NCBI GenBank assembly: GCA_050287085.1
Contig: JBNKBE010000002.1
Location: forward strand, 32,001-96,000
DNA length: 64,000 nt
Source: Polyangiaceae bacterium
GTDB taxonomy: Bacteria > Myxococcota_A > Polyangia > Polyangiales > Polyangiaceae
Reading direction: 5' to 3'
Made by a program: the position numbers and the translations under genes. The notes under the pieces were generated by a model, which saw only the letters and a program-made list of their open reading frames with translations, did no database searches and was not told where the DNA came from. Positions 33,768 through 44,240 of this stretch are shown here, piece by piece. How positions within the stretch are numbered: the first letter of the stretch is position 1; each line of letters starts with the position of its first letter.

Positions 33768-36700
33768 CTAGTAGCGGTGTCGCCACTGAACGTCGACGCT
33801 GCCTCCGGTGTTGCGAACCTCTGTCTTGAGCGACCAGTTTTTCCGAAAGCGGTAGTCCAGAGTGCCTGAGAAGACGTCCGGACTTGCCTGGTTGATGTCC
33901 GCGTCCTGGCCACGTTGGAACGTCCCTTGGAACCAGAGATTGTCCGTTATCGCGAAGGACGCGCCGTAGCGCGCTTGCTGGTCCTCTTTTTCGGCGGGTT
34001 CCACGCTCACCTGGAGCGAGCCTAGCGAGGGTCCCAGGAGGCGAGTGACGCCCAGCGCTTGAACGCCACCACTGATGGCGGTGGCCGAAGCCGAGCCGAG
34101 TAGGGCCTGGAGCTGCTCAGGAGGGGGCGTCATCACGGGTTCTTTGAGAGTACCCGAAACCGTTACGTTGACGTCGGGACCATCCACGGGGTGCCCGACG
34201 AGCAATACGTACAAAGCAGGATTGTCCGGTTCTTCTGGGTTCAGTGTGATCTTGCCCTCTTGGACGTCGAGACGCTGACCAAAGAGCGGGATGCGGCCTC
34301 CCGACTTCAGTCGAATCGTTCCAAGGAGTGTTTGAGTATCTGCTTGCAAGAGCGTTACTTGACCCCCGAGGGGCAGATCGATCTGTCCAAATGCGAGGCG
34401 CACGTCATCGTTCAGGTCAACGACCAGTCGCATCGGATGCGCGGTGGCCTTGGGCTGTGCTTCCAGTTGTTGCAGGACAACGATGTGGGCTGGCTCATCC
34501 AAAGAAATCAGATCACGCCCCGCAGTTTCAGCGGCACGAAAGCGGAGTCGACTGAGCGTTACGTTGGCTTCCAGGAAGTCTTCACCGGCATGTGCATCTT
34601 GCAAGGGCCAGTGGGTCCGTCGCGCGAGGGCAACGCGTGCCTCGCCCGTGGCTCGGCCCAGCGACACGCCCTCGAGCGTGAGCGGCACCGCGTCGAGCGA
34701 GATGCGAGCACTACCCCCGGTCAGCGAGGCGCCCTGTACGGACAAGCGTGCGCTCGCGTGGAGGTTGTCGCGCTGCGAGCGGGCTCGGGCTCGCACGTCC
34801 TCTATCACGATGGCCATACCGGTGCGCGCCGGAACGGCCTCCACCACGGCGTTGATATCGCGTAACTCGAGACCTAGGAGTGGAATAAAAGCACTTGCGT
34901 CAGTGAGTGTGGCTTGGCCGTAACCGCTGACTTGGTATCGGCCGGAGTGGCTTTCCAGTCGCAACCCGCCAACCGCGTCCAGATTACCGCTGAGACGCTC
35001 AGCCGTCCCGGTCAGAGCCGGTCCAAAAATCCCAGGGTCGACGGAGCGGAGTTCGAGGGTCCCCTCTGCGGTGCCAACTTCGGTCCACAGCGGGACCGAG
35101 TTGTGCTCTGAGTGGGCAGAGCCAGACAGCTTTAGCAGACGGGCCCCGTCGCAGAGTGTGAGTTCGGCGCTGGCCAGGTTAGGCTTACCACTGATGCTCA
35201 AGCTGCCACTGCCAAGCGCCGCGTCTCCGACCCGCAGATCATGCAGTTGCAAAGCGCTTGTCAGGGTGCCGCCATCTACGGCTGATACCGTGATAGTACC
35301 ACTGGCGGCGCCGGAAAGCTCCGCGGGGGCCCCTGGAAGCAGTGCCAGCGGAAGGGCGTCTAGTTCAGCCTGAAGGTTGCCTTCGACCTCGCCCAAGCTC
35401 GATGGAATGCGGCCTCTCGGTAGTTGTAGTTTGCTGGACAACGTGGCGACTTGTCGACCGCTTGCGGCGGCCACCAGCTCCCCTTGTGCACTTCCCGAGT
35501 TCAGATCGTAGCTGGCCGTGCCGCGAGCCGCGATGGGCTCGTACCTGGGCCCCGCGCCGGGGGGTCTCAGGTCCAGGGCGTCGACGCTGAGTTGGATGCT
35601 GGGGGCTTCGAGGCTGCCCTGGAGCAAGGCGTTGACCGACAACGTTCCCTCGGGGGCTGCTGTCTGCAAGATGAGGGGCAATGAGCTGATCGGGCGAGGC
35701 GGCACCCGGACCGTGAGCTCGAGGGGCGCGTCGCGCAGGGCGCGAAAGGCCGACAGGGCGCCCGTCATCAGCACGGAGGGGTCGTAGTTCAGTCGATAGG
35801 TGACGGTGGCCAGGTCGCCGCCGGGATCGCGTAGCGAACCGCTGCCCAGCGTGAGGTGATCTTCGGGCTTGTAAAGGGCGGTGAGGTAGAGCGTGCTTTC
35901 ATCGAGGTGTCGTCCCGTCGCGGAATGCTCCAAGCTCAGCCCTTGAGCTCCTATTTCCGCGTGTACCGTAGGAAGCTGCTCTGGGTTCTCGCGCGACAGT
36001 CGCGCGCGCAGGCCAGCTACACCTGATACCACTAGGCCCTGTTGAGCCAGCACGGGATTCAATAGCGGAAGCTGCAGATTGCTTGCGCTCACTTCACCCG
36101 AACCAGTGGCATGGACCCACGACGTGAGCTCGAGCGGGGAGCCCGCAAGGGTCAGCGCGTACTCCATACCGAAGCCGACGTTGGTTGTCTCGTCGGCACC
36201 CCAGAGGCGTCCGTGGACATGGCCGTCTCTGAGCTCGGCTTCGGCGCGCGCCGACAGACGGCCGTATTGCGCGTAGGCTCCCTTTTGCAACTCGAAGAGA
36301 ACACGGCTTCGCTCAACGTCGGGGCCGACGTTGACGTCGGCCTGGAGCCCAATGGTGCCCCGGATGCCCATGGCCCCGAGGCCGAGAGCGTGTGCTAGCC
36401 GCTCGAGTCGTAGACCGTCGCTGTCGGCCTGAAGCTCGAGGACTCCCGGACGATAGAGTAGGCGCGCGCGCAAGGGGTTGCCTGCGCCGACGATCGTGAT
36501 GTCTTCGACGTGCAGGCGGGGTAGCTCGGGGGCAAACTCCACGACGGACGCGCTGATCTTGATGTCGCCGTGTGTCGCCGTCAGGTGTCCATTGCGAAGG
36601 GTGCCTGTGGGGACGTCGAAGATGGACGAGAATGTCGCTTGGCGTCCAACCGGATCTCGCGCCGTGGCGTCCCACGCGATCCGGTTGCTGGTACCCAGTG

Positions 36701-38279
36701 CTTTGGCATTCACCGTGCCGAGTACTACGTCTGCAAGGGACAGACGATCTGCCGAGAGATGTCCGGAGAACGTGAACGCGCGGATATCGGTCGTGGGGGC
36801 GTGGGCTGTGACATCGAAGTGCAGCGTGTTTGCCCTGAGCGAAGCGTAAGCGAAGTTCTGCACGTCACCGTGGGCGCGAGCCCGCAAAGTGTCGCCTTGG
36901 ATTTGTGCCTGCAGTTGCACGGTGGTCGTGCCGCGCGCTCCGCGCGGCAGTCGCGGATGGGTGGCGAGGTTGACTCGCTGAAGGCTGGTTTCCGCCTGGT
37001 ATTGTGTACCTGGTTGGATGCGAAGGGAAACCGTCGCTGGGCTGGCGGGCTCGTCGATGGAGACTGAGCCCTCCAGCTCTCCGCCGATATAGTCGAGTTG
37101 AGCTCTGAGTCCGGGAAGTGGCGTTTCGGCAATCCAACCCGGAAGTGTCGTGGCGTCCAACGAAGCGCGGACCCCGCTTTCGTTCAGGAAGGTTAGATGG
37201 GCGTGGCCGCGGAGCGACGTCGGGGGAGCGTGGGCGATCAGCTGTGCAAGATTGGTTTCGTCTAGTACCAGATCTGCGCTAAATCGCAGTCGAGGCGTGA
37301 GCTCGACACGTCCCGCGATGCTGAGCGCGCTGCCGCCACTTTCCAGTTGGGCCCTCGCATTGAGAGCGGAAAGCGGACCTACGGCGTGCACCGTAGTGCT
37401 CAGCGCTTCTTTCAAGGGCCATGCTGGCAGCCAACGTTTGGCCGCGTCTGGGCTGAGTTCCGGCAGGCGAACCCAAGCGTCGAGATTGTCGTCGAGCCAC
37501 TGAGCGCTGGCGTCGACTTCGACCGGGCCGGCGAAGCCATTGAAGCTGGCGTTGATCGCGCCCGGGACGCGCACCGCAAGCGAGCCCGTGCCACTGATGT
37601 GAAGCGGCTGCGGCAGGTTCAGGCTTGGCGCTGAGACAGATAGGCGTACTGCGAAATCCTCGACTTCGACATATACGCCCTTGGGGGTGGATAGCACGCG
37701 GCCGTGGACCCGCGAAAGATGAGGCTCGAGCTTGCCGTAGGCAGCGTCGCTCTCGAGCACGTCAACAGTCCCGAGCTCTATGCTCGGAAGGTAGAGGCGC
37801 AAAGGAGAGGAGGGCGCACGCGCCCTATTTGACGTGCTGGGGCGCGGCGTCAGGGCAAATGCGAGGGTGGGGATGGCGTCGTCGCCCTCGAATAGACGCA
37901 CCTGGGCGCGGTCGGCTCGCACGTGGGGAATGACAACCGGAGCCAGGGCATCCCGCCAGTGGCGCTCCAGGTTCGGCCAAGCATCGAGATCCACGTGCAC
38001 GGTTTCGAGGGCTATGACCTCGCGCATTTGCACGTCGAAGAGTCGCGCTGAGCTCACTCTGACGTAGCCGAGGGAGAGTTCTTCGATGGGACCGAGCTCG
38101 ACGCGTCCTTCCAGCGTTCTGTTCAGCTCTTGTTCTAGCAAGTGAGCCAGTCCGCGCCTAACCTGGGGGTGGTTCAAGTGTAGCCGTGCGGAGGCAACTA
38201 GGGCGGTCAGCAACAAGGCGGTCCAAAGCAGTCCGCGGAGCGTCCCTCGAAGCCATTGCCGCATGCGGACCGCCGCCAT
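33768..38279 (-). CDS. tamB: TamB / AsmA-like translocation and assembly module protein
   Basis: About 1500 aa with an N-terminal TM anchor, a beta-rich body and a C-terminal GSVDVQWRHRY; directly downstream of an Omp85 gene. Confidence 0.8.
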   Translation of the reverse strand: MAAVRMRQWLRGTLRGLLWTALLLTALVASARLHLNHPQVRRGLAHLLEQELNRTLEGRVELGPIEELSLGYVRVSSARLFDVQMREVIALETVHVDLDAWPNLERHWRDALAPVVIPHVRADRAQVRLFEGDDAIPTLAFALTPRPSTSNRARAPSSPLRLYLPSIELGTVDVLESDAAYGKLEPHLSRVHGRVLSTPKGVYVEVEDFAVRLSVSAPSLNLPQPLHISGTGSLAVRVPGAINASFNGFAGPVEVDASAQWLDDNLDAWVRLPELSPDAAKRWLPAWPLKEALSTTVHAVGPLSALNARAQLESGGSALSIAGRVELTPRLRFSADLVLDETNLAQLIAHAPPTSLRGHAHLTFLNESGVRASLDATTLPGWIAETPLPGLRAQLDYIGGELEGSVSIDEPASPATVSLRIQPGTQYQAETSLQRVNLATHPRLPRGARGTTTVQLQAQIQGDTLRARAHGDVQNFAYASLRANTLHFDVTAHAPTTDIRAFTFSGHLSADRLSLADVVLGTVNAKALGTSNRIAWDATARDPVGRQATFSSIFDVPTGTLRNGHLTATHGDIKISASVVEFAPELPRLHVEDITIVGAGNPLRARLLYRPGVLELQADSDGLRLERLAHALGLGAMGIRGTIGLQADVNVGPDVERSRVLFELQKGAYAQYGRLSARAEAELRDGHVHGRLWGADETTNVGFGMEYALTLAGSPLELTSWVHATGSGEVSASNLQLPLLNPVLAQQGLVVSGVAGLRARLSRENPEQLPTVHAEIGAQGLSLEHSATGRHLDESTLYLTALYKPEDHLTLGSGSLRDPGGDLATVTYRLNYDPSVLMTGALSAFRALRDAPLELTVRVPPRPISSLPLILQTAAPEGTLSVNALLQGSLEAPSIQLSVDALDLRPPGAGPRYEPIAARGTASYDLNSGSAQGELVAAASGRQVATLSSKLQLPRGRIPSSLGEVEGNLQAELDALPLALLPGAPAELSGAASGTITVSAVDGGTLTSALQLHDLRVGDAALGSGSLSISGKPNLASAELTLCDGARLLKLSGSAHSEHNSVPLWTEVGTAEGTLELRSVDPGIFGPALTGTAERLSGNLDAVGGLRLESHSGRYQVSGYGQATLTDASAFIPLLGLELRDINAVVEAVPARTGMAIVIEDVRARARSQRDNLHASARLSVQGASLTGGSARISLDAVPLTLEGVSLGRATGEARVALARRTHWPLQDAHAGEDFLEANVTLSRLRFRAAETAGRDLISLDEPAHIVVLQQLEAQPKATAHPMRLVVDLNDDVRLAFGQIDLPLGGQVTLLQADTQTLLGTIRLKSGGRIPLFGQRLDVQEGKITLNPEEPDNPALYVLLVGHPVDGPDVNVTVSGTLKEPVMTPPPEQLQALLGSASATAISGGVQALGVTRLLGPSLGSLQVSVEPAEKEDQQARYGASFAITDNLWFQGTFQRGQDADINQASPDVFSGTLDYRFRKNWSLKTEVRNTGGSVDVQWRHRY

Positions 38280-38280
38280 A

Positions 38281-40455
38281 TCAGAACGCCTCGCCGAGGC
38301 TGAGATGGAGAGCCAAGGGAATGCCGAGCAGGGAGCTCGGGTTGGTGGGCTCATTCGACCCGGGACTCACCTGGGCCCCCGGTACGCGGTAGCCAAGATC
38401 TAGGCGCAAAGGCCCCACAGGGGTTCGGTAGCGCAGTCCGGTGCCGACCGAAAGATGGGGCGATGCAAAGTCAAACTGACCGCTGCGTGAGATATTGCTC
38501 ATGTCGGTGAACACCACGGTGCCGAAGCCAGCGGCGATGTCCACCCGTACCTCACTGCTGCTCTCCCATAGCGTGGTGCCGCCGAGCGGGCGTGTGCCCT
38601 GGAGAAATGGCACCGTGCCATGGGGCCCGACTGAACGCAGCGGATAGCCACGATTCGAGTTGGCGCCGCCGGAGAAGAAGCCGCGAAATAGCAACTTCTG
38701 CTGATCATCTGTTACGGTCTGATCGTCTTGTTCGGAAGTGAAAGAACTGCCATAGTCTAGCGGAATGAGCCAGCCCGCGGTGAGGCGTTGGGCCAAGACA
38801 ACGCTCCTCGAAATGGGGATGAAGAGCCGCGCCTCGGGGCGAAGGCGCACGTCGCGCACGTCGCTGTAGAGTACGGGCTGAGCGGTCTGGACACTCAGCG
38901 AAAGCAAAGCGCCTCGGCGCGTTGCCAGCGGATCATTGCGCAGGTCCAGGTATGCGGCGAGCTCTCCACTGGTGATCATGAGTGGCTTCAGCTTCTCGTC
39001 TCTTGCACCCGGGCGTTCGCCGAGCGTCAAGCTTCGATAGTCGAGAGGTGAGTCGAACTGCCACAGCAAGCCGGGCTCCAGGATCAGACGCTTGTGCCAA
39101 AAGCTTCGAGACAGGCCTGCTGCGGCTTTGAGTTCCGTAAAGCCAATCACGCCTTCGTCTTTTGCCGTCTGCGCAAAGAGCAGCGGAAATACGTTGAACT
39201 CCACCGACAGCAAGCCGCGCGTCAGCCGCTCCAGAAAGGAAGGCTGCTCCAGGGTGAGCTCGAATTCGTTCTGAAATAGGACGCGATTGGGCGCCTCGAA
39301 GCTGCCCCATCGCGTGGGATAATAGATCAGCGTGGGGCGTGCATTGGCTTCCGCTTGGCGCAGGCCCCCGAGGAAGTTGTGATGTGCCCAGCCAAGCAGA
39401 AAGTAGTTTGCGAGCTTCAGTGCGTCCAACTCCGCACCTGCGCCAAGACGAACCATACGCGGAGGACTTTCCTCCACGCGAATGACGATCGGGACGCCGG
39501 CGCTTGTGACCCGACTAGCGTCGCCGTAGACGTCAACCGAGGTGAGCAACCCGAGCTCACTGAGCTCTCGCCGCGCTTCGTCCAGAGCGGCGCGTCTATA
39601 GAGTCGACCTGGACGGAGTCCAGAAAGACGCAGAAGCTGGGCCTTGGGAAGTGTGGTGACACCTTCGAGCTCTACGCTAGCAACGCGCAGCCGTTGGCCG
39701 GGAGTGAGCTGAAAGCGCACGCGGGCGCGGTGAGATATCAGATCGACCTGGGCGCTCGATTCGGCCTTGGCGAAGGCATAGCCGTTGTCCTGCAACACTC
39801 GTTCGGCGGCGGCGCGGGTGGCCTCGAGCGCTGCTTCGTCCAATGCCTTGCCGGCGGTCAATCGGTTGGCGCTCAGCACTTCGGTGGCCACCGAAAACGG
39901 GACTGCTTCCAATCCTGGCAGTTCGATATGTTCCACCAGGACTCTCGGCCCGGGGTCGATTTGAAGGGCGACAAGGACGCGATGCTCGTCACGGCTGAGA
40001 ATGCGAGCCACCTCGACACGAGCTTCATAGTAGCCGCGGGCGCGGAGATAACGCGTGATGCGCTCGAGATCTTTGCTCAGGAGCTCGGCGTTGTAGAGTG
40101 CGTATTCGTAGCCAAGGCCGTCGATCAGCCCCAGGAATCTCCCAGAAGCGACCGTCGCCAGCCCAGCGAGGAGCTCGTCCTCGTCCAGGGTGCCCGGCAG
40201 TCCGCTCAGCTCGACGTCGCTGACGACCTTGGAGTGGAGCGGCAAGGGTTGCCGCACGCAAGCCAAGGCCGCGAACGTACACACCACAAAGCCCCCAAGC
40301 GGCAGTCTGATCCTGCGTCGGGCGGGCGCTTGCCGCCTCAGTTCCGACTCACGCTGCGTTCGAGCTATCACGCCATCGCCCGCCGGCCTGGGGCCGAAGA
40401 GGGGCCGAGTGCCCGGCGCCGGCGCTGGGCGATGGGGGCGGAAGCGAGGGAACAC
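38281..40455 (-). CDS. tamA: TamA/BamA-family Omp85 outer-membrane protein with POTRA domains
   Basis: RGYY POTRA repeats, FFSGGANSNRGY, GLRYRTPVGPLRLDLG and terminal LGEAF. Start uncertain. Confidence 0.85.
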   Translation of the reverse strand: MFPRFRPHRPAPAPGTRPLFGPRPAGDGVIARTQRESELRRQAPARRRIRLPLGGFVVCTFAALACVRQPLPLHSKVVSDVELSGLPGTLDEDELLAGLATVASGRFLGLIDGLGYEYALYNAELLSKDLERITRYLRARGYYEARVEVARILSRDEHRVLVALQIDPGPRVLVEHIELPGLEAVPFSVATEVLSANRLTAGKALDEAALEATRAAAERVLQDNGYAFAKAESSAQVDLISHRARVRFQLTPGQRLRVASVELEGVTTLPKAQLLRLSGLRPGRLYRRAALDEARRELSELGLLTSVDVYGDASRVTSAGVPIVIRVEESPPRMVRLGAGAELDALKLANYFLLGWAHHNFLGGLRQAEANARPTLIYYPTRWGSFEAPNRVLFQNEFELTLEQPSFLERLTRGLLSVEFNVFPLLFAQTAKDEGVIGFTELKAAAGLSRSFWHKRLILEPGLLWQFDSPLDYRSLTLGERPGARDEKLKPLMITSGELAAYLDLRNDPLATRRGALLSLSVQTAQPVLYSDVRDVRLRPEARLFIPISRSVVLAQRLTAGWLIPLDYGSSFTSEQDDQTVTDDQQKLLFRGFFSGGANSNRGYPLRSVGPHGTVPFLQGTRPLGGTTLWESSSEVRVDIAAGFGTVVFTDMSNISRSGQFDFASPHLSVGTGLRYRTPVGPLRLDLGYRVPGAQVSPGSNEPTNPSSLLGIPLALHLSLGEAF

Positions 40456-40591
40456 GAGCGCACTAGCCTACCAGCACGAGGCTTCGCAGACGGCCTTCTT
40501 GGGAGCTGCGCCGACCCCAACGACAGGCGGCTGGCCGGGCGCTGAGCTCGGATTTGCGCCACCGCACGCGCCCACAACCGCCTCATGGAGC

Positions 40592-40624
40592 ACCAACGGG
40601 GACGCCGAAAGCGTCCCCGTTGGT
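40592..40624. terminator. Perfect 14-bp hairpin downstream of the lipoprotein gene
   Basis: ACCAACGGGGACGC-CGAAA-GCGTCCCCGTTGGT. Confidence 0.7.
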
Positions 40625-40651
40625 TCTAAATCAGCGGTGAGTCCTGCCTCT

Positions 40652-41344
40652 TCAGCGCATTCCGGGAAGCGTTGCGACTTCGGTCGGCTGGTCTTCGTAG
40701 GTGACCTCGGAGTAGGTCAGGATCCCCATGATGGGATCTACCTCGGAGCCCTTGGTGGACTTGTTGAAGGTCATCGCGTAGTCGCCCTTGACCTTCACCT
40801 TGACTCCCTTGACGGGCAAGGGATCGGGGATCTTGACGCCCCAGATACCATCCATCAGAGGCTCTTCATCGTCCTTCTTGTGGCGTGCGCGCTTCTTATA
40901 TTCGTTGACCGCGTCGTACAGCTGCGCATAGTTCGATGCCCAGCCCATGACCTTGATCGCGTCCTTCTCGGTCGCGTCTTTGCTGTCAGCTATCCAGAAG
41001 GTGGGGATGGGGGCCTCGCAGCCTTCCGGATCCTCCTTGCCGGTCTTGTGTACGGCGCACTTGGGAGCGTCCGGGAGGTTGGTCTTGACGATGTAGCCTG
41101 TGATCGTCAATTCCTTGTTTTCAACCGACTTCTTGTGCACGCGAGAGCGTAGATGATAGCTGGCTCCCCACACGGTATAGGCGTCTCCGTCTTTGATCGG
41201 CTTTTGGGCTATCGACGGTACCGGCGGCAGGCCCGCTTGGACAGTGGCCGCGGGGCGGGGCTGGTAGGTGACTTCGTCCCCCGAGCAGGCGCTTGCAAGC
41301 GCGATCAGGGCAACGGATGCTGCGGTCGGGATGAAACGGGACAT
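40652..41344 (-). CDS. Hypothetical lipoprotein
   Basis: Lipobox-like LASAC; AGGAGG RBS; 230 aa. Confidence 0.8.
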   Translation of the reverse strand: MSRFIPTAASVALIALASACSGDEVTYQPRPAATVQAGLPPVPSIAQKPIKDGDAYTVWGASYHLRSRVHKKSVENKELTITGYIVKTNLPDAPKCAVHKTGKEDPEGCEAPIPTFWIADSKDATEKDAIKVMGWASNYAQLYDAVNEYKKRARHKKDDEEPLMDGIWGVKIPDPLPVKGVKVKVKGDYAMTFNKSTKGSEVDPIMGILTYSEVTYEDQPTEVATLPGMR

Positions 41345-41567
41345 GCGTATGAGCGCCTCCTAGAAATCAGCCTGAGGGGCTATCACTAAGCCGGGCGGGC
41401 GGCAAGAGACGCCTTTCAGCCCCGCTGTATTTCGGGTGTCGGGTCGGGGTCTCCTTTGGACGGTGATTCCACGGGTTTTCCCTCTGTCCACCCGTGCTTC
41501 ACGCTTGCAGCTTCCCCACCAAGCCCCGCTCGCACCAAGTGCTGGGCCTTGATAGTCTCAAGGCATT

Positions 41568-42323
41568 GTGAGTCGAACGGTCATCATCGGCGACGTACAC
41601 GGCTGTATCGACGAGCTCCGTGAATTGCTCGATTGCATTGGCTATTGTTCTTCGGATCGCTTGGTTTTTGCGGGCGACATGATCGCCCGCGGTCCGGGTT
41701 CCTGCGAGGTCCTCGATCTCTTTGAGCAGACGGCGGCTTGTGGCGTGCTGGGGAATCACGAGTTTCGCATGCTTGCAGTGCGCCAGGCCCATCGTGAAGG
41801 AAGACCGCCCCCGAAGCTCGGACCGGCGCATCTGCAGCTGCTCGGCGAGCTGGAAGAGCGCCACTGGCGGATGATGGAAGCGCTGCCACTGTCGTTGGAG
41901 CTGGAGTCCCATGGCGTCCGGGTCGTGCATGCCGGGATCTGTCCCTCGCTCGCGTTTGAGCAGCAGGATCCCTGGACTCTGCTTCACATTCGGACGCTGC
42001 GCCCAGATGGTTCCGCGGCCTCCAGTGCCGGATTCTTGCCCTGGGCCAGTGCGTATGTGGGTGAGCCGCACATCGTCTTTGGACACAACTCGCGACAGGC
42101 CTTGCAGCTTCACCCCTGCGCTACCGGGCTCGACACCGCGTGCGTGTACGGGGGCGAGCTCACCGCGCTGGTGTTGTCGGAGCAAGAGTGGGTAGAGCCC
42201 GACCCGAGCGAACGACATCGGCAGCTCTATTCGGTAACAGCGCGAGCGCGTTATTACCTCGGGCTCACCGGGGCGCCGGAAGGGGTGCGCGCGCGGTGGG
42301 AGCTCTCAAGCGGACGGCCCTAG
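41568..42323 (+). CDS. Metallophosphoesterase (ApaH / PPP Ser-Thr phosphatase-like)
   Basis: GDVHGC, GDMIARGP, LGNHE, VHAG, FGHN and LDTACVYGG motifs. Confidence 0.9.
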   Translation: MSRTVIIGDVHGCIDELRELLDCIGYCSSDRLVFAGDMIARGPGSCEVLDLFEQTAACGVLGNHEFRMLAVRQAHREGRPPPKLGPAHLQLLGELEERHWRMMEALPLSLELESHGVRVVHAGICPSLAFEQQDPWTLLHIRTLRPDGSAASSAGFLPWASAYVGEPHIVFGHNSRQALQLHPCATGLDTACVYGGELTALVLSEQEWVEPDPSERHRQLYSVTARARYYLGLTGAPEGVRARWELSSGRP

Positions 42324-42391
42324 CGGGTTGGGCGTATTCGGGTACTCGAGACCGCGCGAAGGGAGAACGGTCTCGGCCAGAAGCTGGGCGC

Positions 42392-43336
42392 TTACGGGGA
42401 AAGCACTGGAGCTGTGGCGCCTATGACGTGACGGGCAGCGCGCAGAGCTCTGAGCTGGTGGCAAAGGATCGCAGGCGTGAGTGTCTTGCCGGAGTCGCGC
42501 AGCACCCGCGCTAGCTGTTGCCGGACACTTTCAAGCGCACGCGCGTCGCCAAAGCCCACGTCCGAAAAGGCCGCCAGCATCTCGAGCCTGGCAGCGGCGG
42601 TGAGCGCCGTGTCTTCGTTGGGGGGTTCACCCAAGCGGCCCAAGGTGCGTCGGAGCAGAAGGTCTGTGCGCTGGCTGAGCACCAGCGGCGCGGCGCGGAT
42701 GACGGCTTGCGCCAGGTGTAGGACGAGCGCTGGGTTCGCATCTTCCGGTCGCGAAAGGGTCTGCAGCGCCCGCTCCAGAGCGTGTGCGAGCCGATTGCTG
42801 AGCAACTCCGGGGTTGCCGTGGTGGCCACAGGGCTTTCTGAACGTCCTGCCAGTTGCCCCAGCGCGTCGAGGGCATAGGCTTGATCGGCCAGAGTCGTGG
42901 CTCTGAGCTCTGACGGATCTGGCGGCGCGCTGGCCTTCGCCTCGGACAAGGCGAGTTGCAGCGCGAGCTCCGGGTGGTGCATGGGTTCCAACGTGGTCAA
43001 CCAGCTGAGCTCACCGCCGCGCAACTCCGCCGCGAGCGTGGTCTTGGCCTGGTCGGGCGCGTGTGGTCCCAGTCCGCGCACCTGCCACCAGGCGAGCTCT
43101 GCGATGCGACTGTCCAGGGCGCGAAGCTGTGCTTCGGTCTGACGTATCGCGTGGTCCAGGGCCTGGCGGGTGGCTACGGTCGGTTCGGGGGCTCCGACCA
43201 CGTTCGATTGCGGCGATGGGTTGGCGGGGGGCCGGCTCGGGTCGCTGCGCCGGAGACCCATCCACACGCCGAACGAGACAAGCCCTAGGAGGGTGACGAC
43301 CTGCCAGAGGCGGAAAGAGGAGGACGAAGGCGACAT
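42392..43336 (-). CDS. Hypothetical membrane-anchored helical protein
   Basis: Long ORF with a single N-terminal TM. Start chosen to avoid overlap with rsmE. Confidence 0.55.
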   Translation of the reverse strand: MSPSSSSFRLWQVVTLLGLVSFGVWMGLRRSDPSRPPANPSPQSNVVGAPEPTVATRQALDHAIRQTEAQLRALDSRIAELAWWQVRGLGPHAPDQAKTTLAAELRGGELSWLTTLEPMHHPELALQLALSEAKASAPPDPSELRATTLADQAYALDALGQLAGRSESPVATTATPELLSNRLAHALERALQTLSRPEDANPALVLHLAQAVIRAAPLVLSQRTDLLLRRTLGRLGEPPNEDTALTAAARLEMLAAFSDVGFGDARALESVRQQLARVLRDSGKTLTPAILCHQLRALRAARHVIGATAPVLSP

Positions 43337-43422
43337 GATGTGCTCGAGAAAAGTGGTCAGCACCGCGGCGGCCGCTGCACGTGGCGGTTGCGCTTCGGCC
43401 TCAGCTGTCATAGCAGCGGCAC

Positions 43423-44166
43423 GTGGGCAAGCTACTACGCGTCCCCGTTCTGGGCCTAAGAAGCGGAACTCTTCCTTTGGAGCCTGCGACACGCAACTAC
43501 GTTACGCGCGTGCATCGCCGGCGTGAGGGGGACCCGCTGCTTGCCTTTGATGCGGAAGCGTGCACGGAGGCGCGGGCGACCTTGGCGGAGGGCGGACGAG
43601 CCATCGTGGTCGCAGCAGACGCCATTCAGGCCGGAACGCGACCTGGCAACGGGCAAGTGTGGCTATTTCAGGGCTATGGCAAAGGCAGCAAGCTCGATCT
43701 TGTTGTGCGCGAGGTAACAGCCCTGGGGGCGGGTCACGTGCAACCCGTGGTTTGCGAACGCTCCGTGGCACGCCCGGAGGCGCCTTCGAGGGCGCAAAAG
43801 CGGGCGGAGCGCTTGCGCAGTGTCGCGCTCGAGGCGGCTCGTCAATGCGAGCGGAGCGATATTCCGGAGATATTACCCCCCACGGCTTTTCCAAAGGCCC
43901 TGGAGCGAGCGGCAACCCTCGAGCATCTCGTGCTGTCGCCCCACGGCGTGGGCGAACCTTTGCTCGAAGCGCTGCCGCAAGGCATTGGGATGCGGGGGAT
44001 TGCACTCTGGGTGGGGCCGGAAGGCGGTTTTGCGCCGCAGGAGCTCGGCGCATTGCAGGCCGCTGGCGCGAGGCTCATCTCCCTTGGTCCTTGGGTGCTG
44101 CGCACCGAGACCGCAGCCAGTGCCGCTGTTGCGCTGGCGATGGCTGCGCTAGCGACTCGTTCCTAG
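43423..44166 (+). CDS. rsmE: 16S rRNA m3U1498 methyltransferase
   Basis: EAARQCER, VGPEGGF and LGPWVLRTETA motifs. Confidence 0.93.
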   Translation: MGKLLRVPVLGLRSGTLPLEPATRNYVTRVHRRREGDPLLAFDAEACTEARATLAEGGRAIVVAADAIQAGTRPGNGQVWLFQGYGKGSKLDLVVREVTALGAGHVQPVVCERSVARPEAPSRAQKRAERLRSVALEAARQCERSDIPEILPPTAFPKALERAATLEHLVLSPHGVGEPLLEALPQGIGMRGIALWVGPEGGFAPQELGALQAAGARLISLGPWVLRTETAASAAVALAMAALATRS

Positions 44167-44240
44167 AAGTGGAAGTGCCCAAAACCGCGTCGGCGGCGCT
44201 GGGCATGGCATCCAAGTTGGAGTGACGCCCCTCTTATGTC

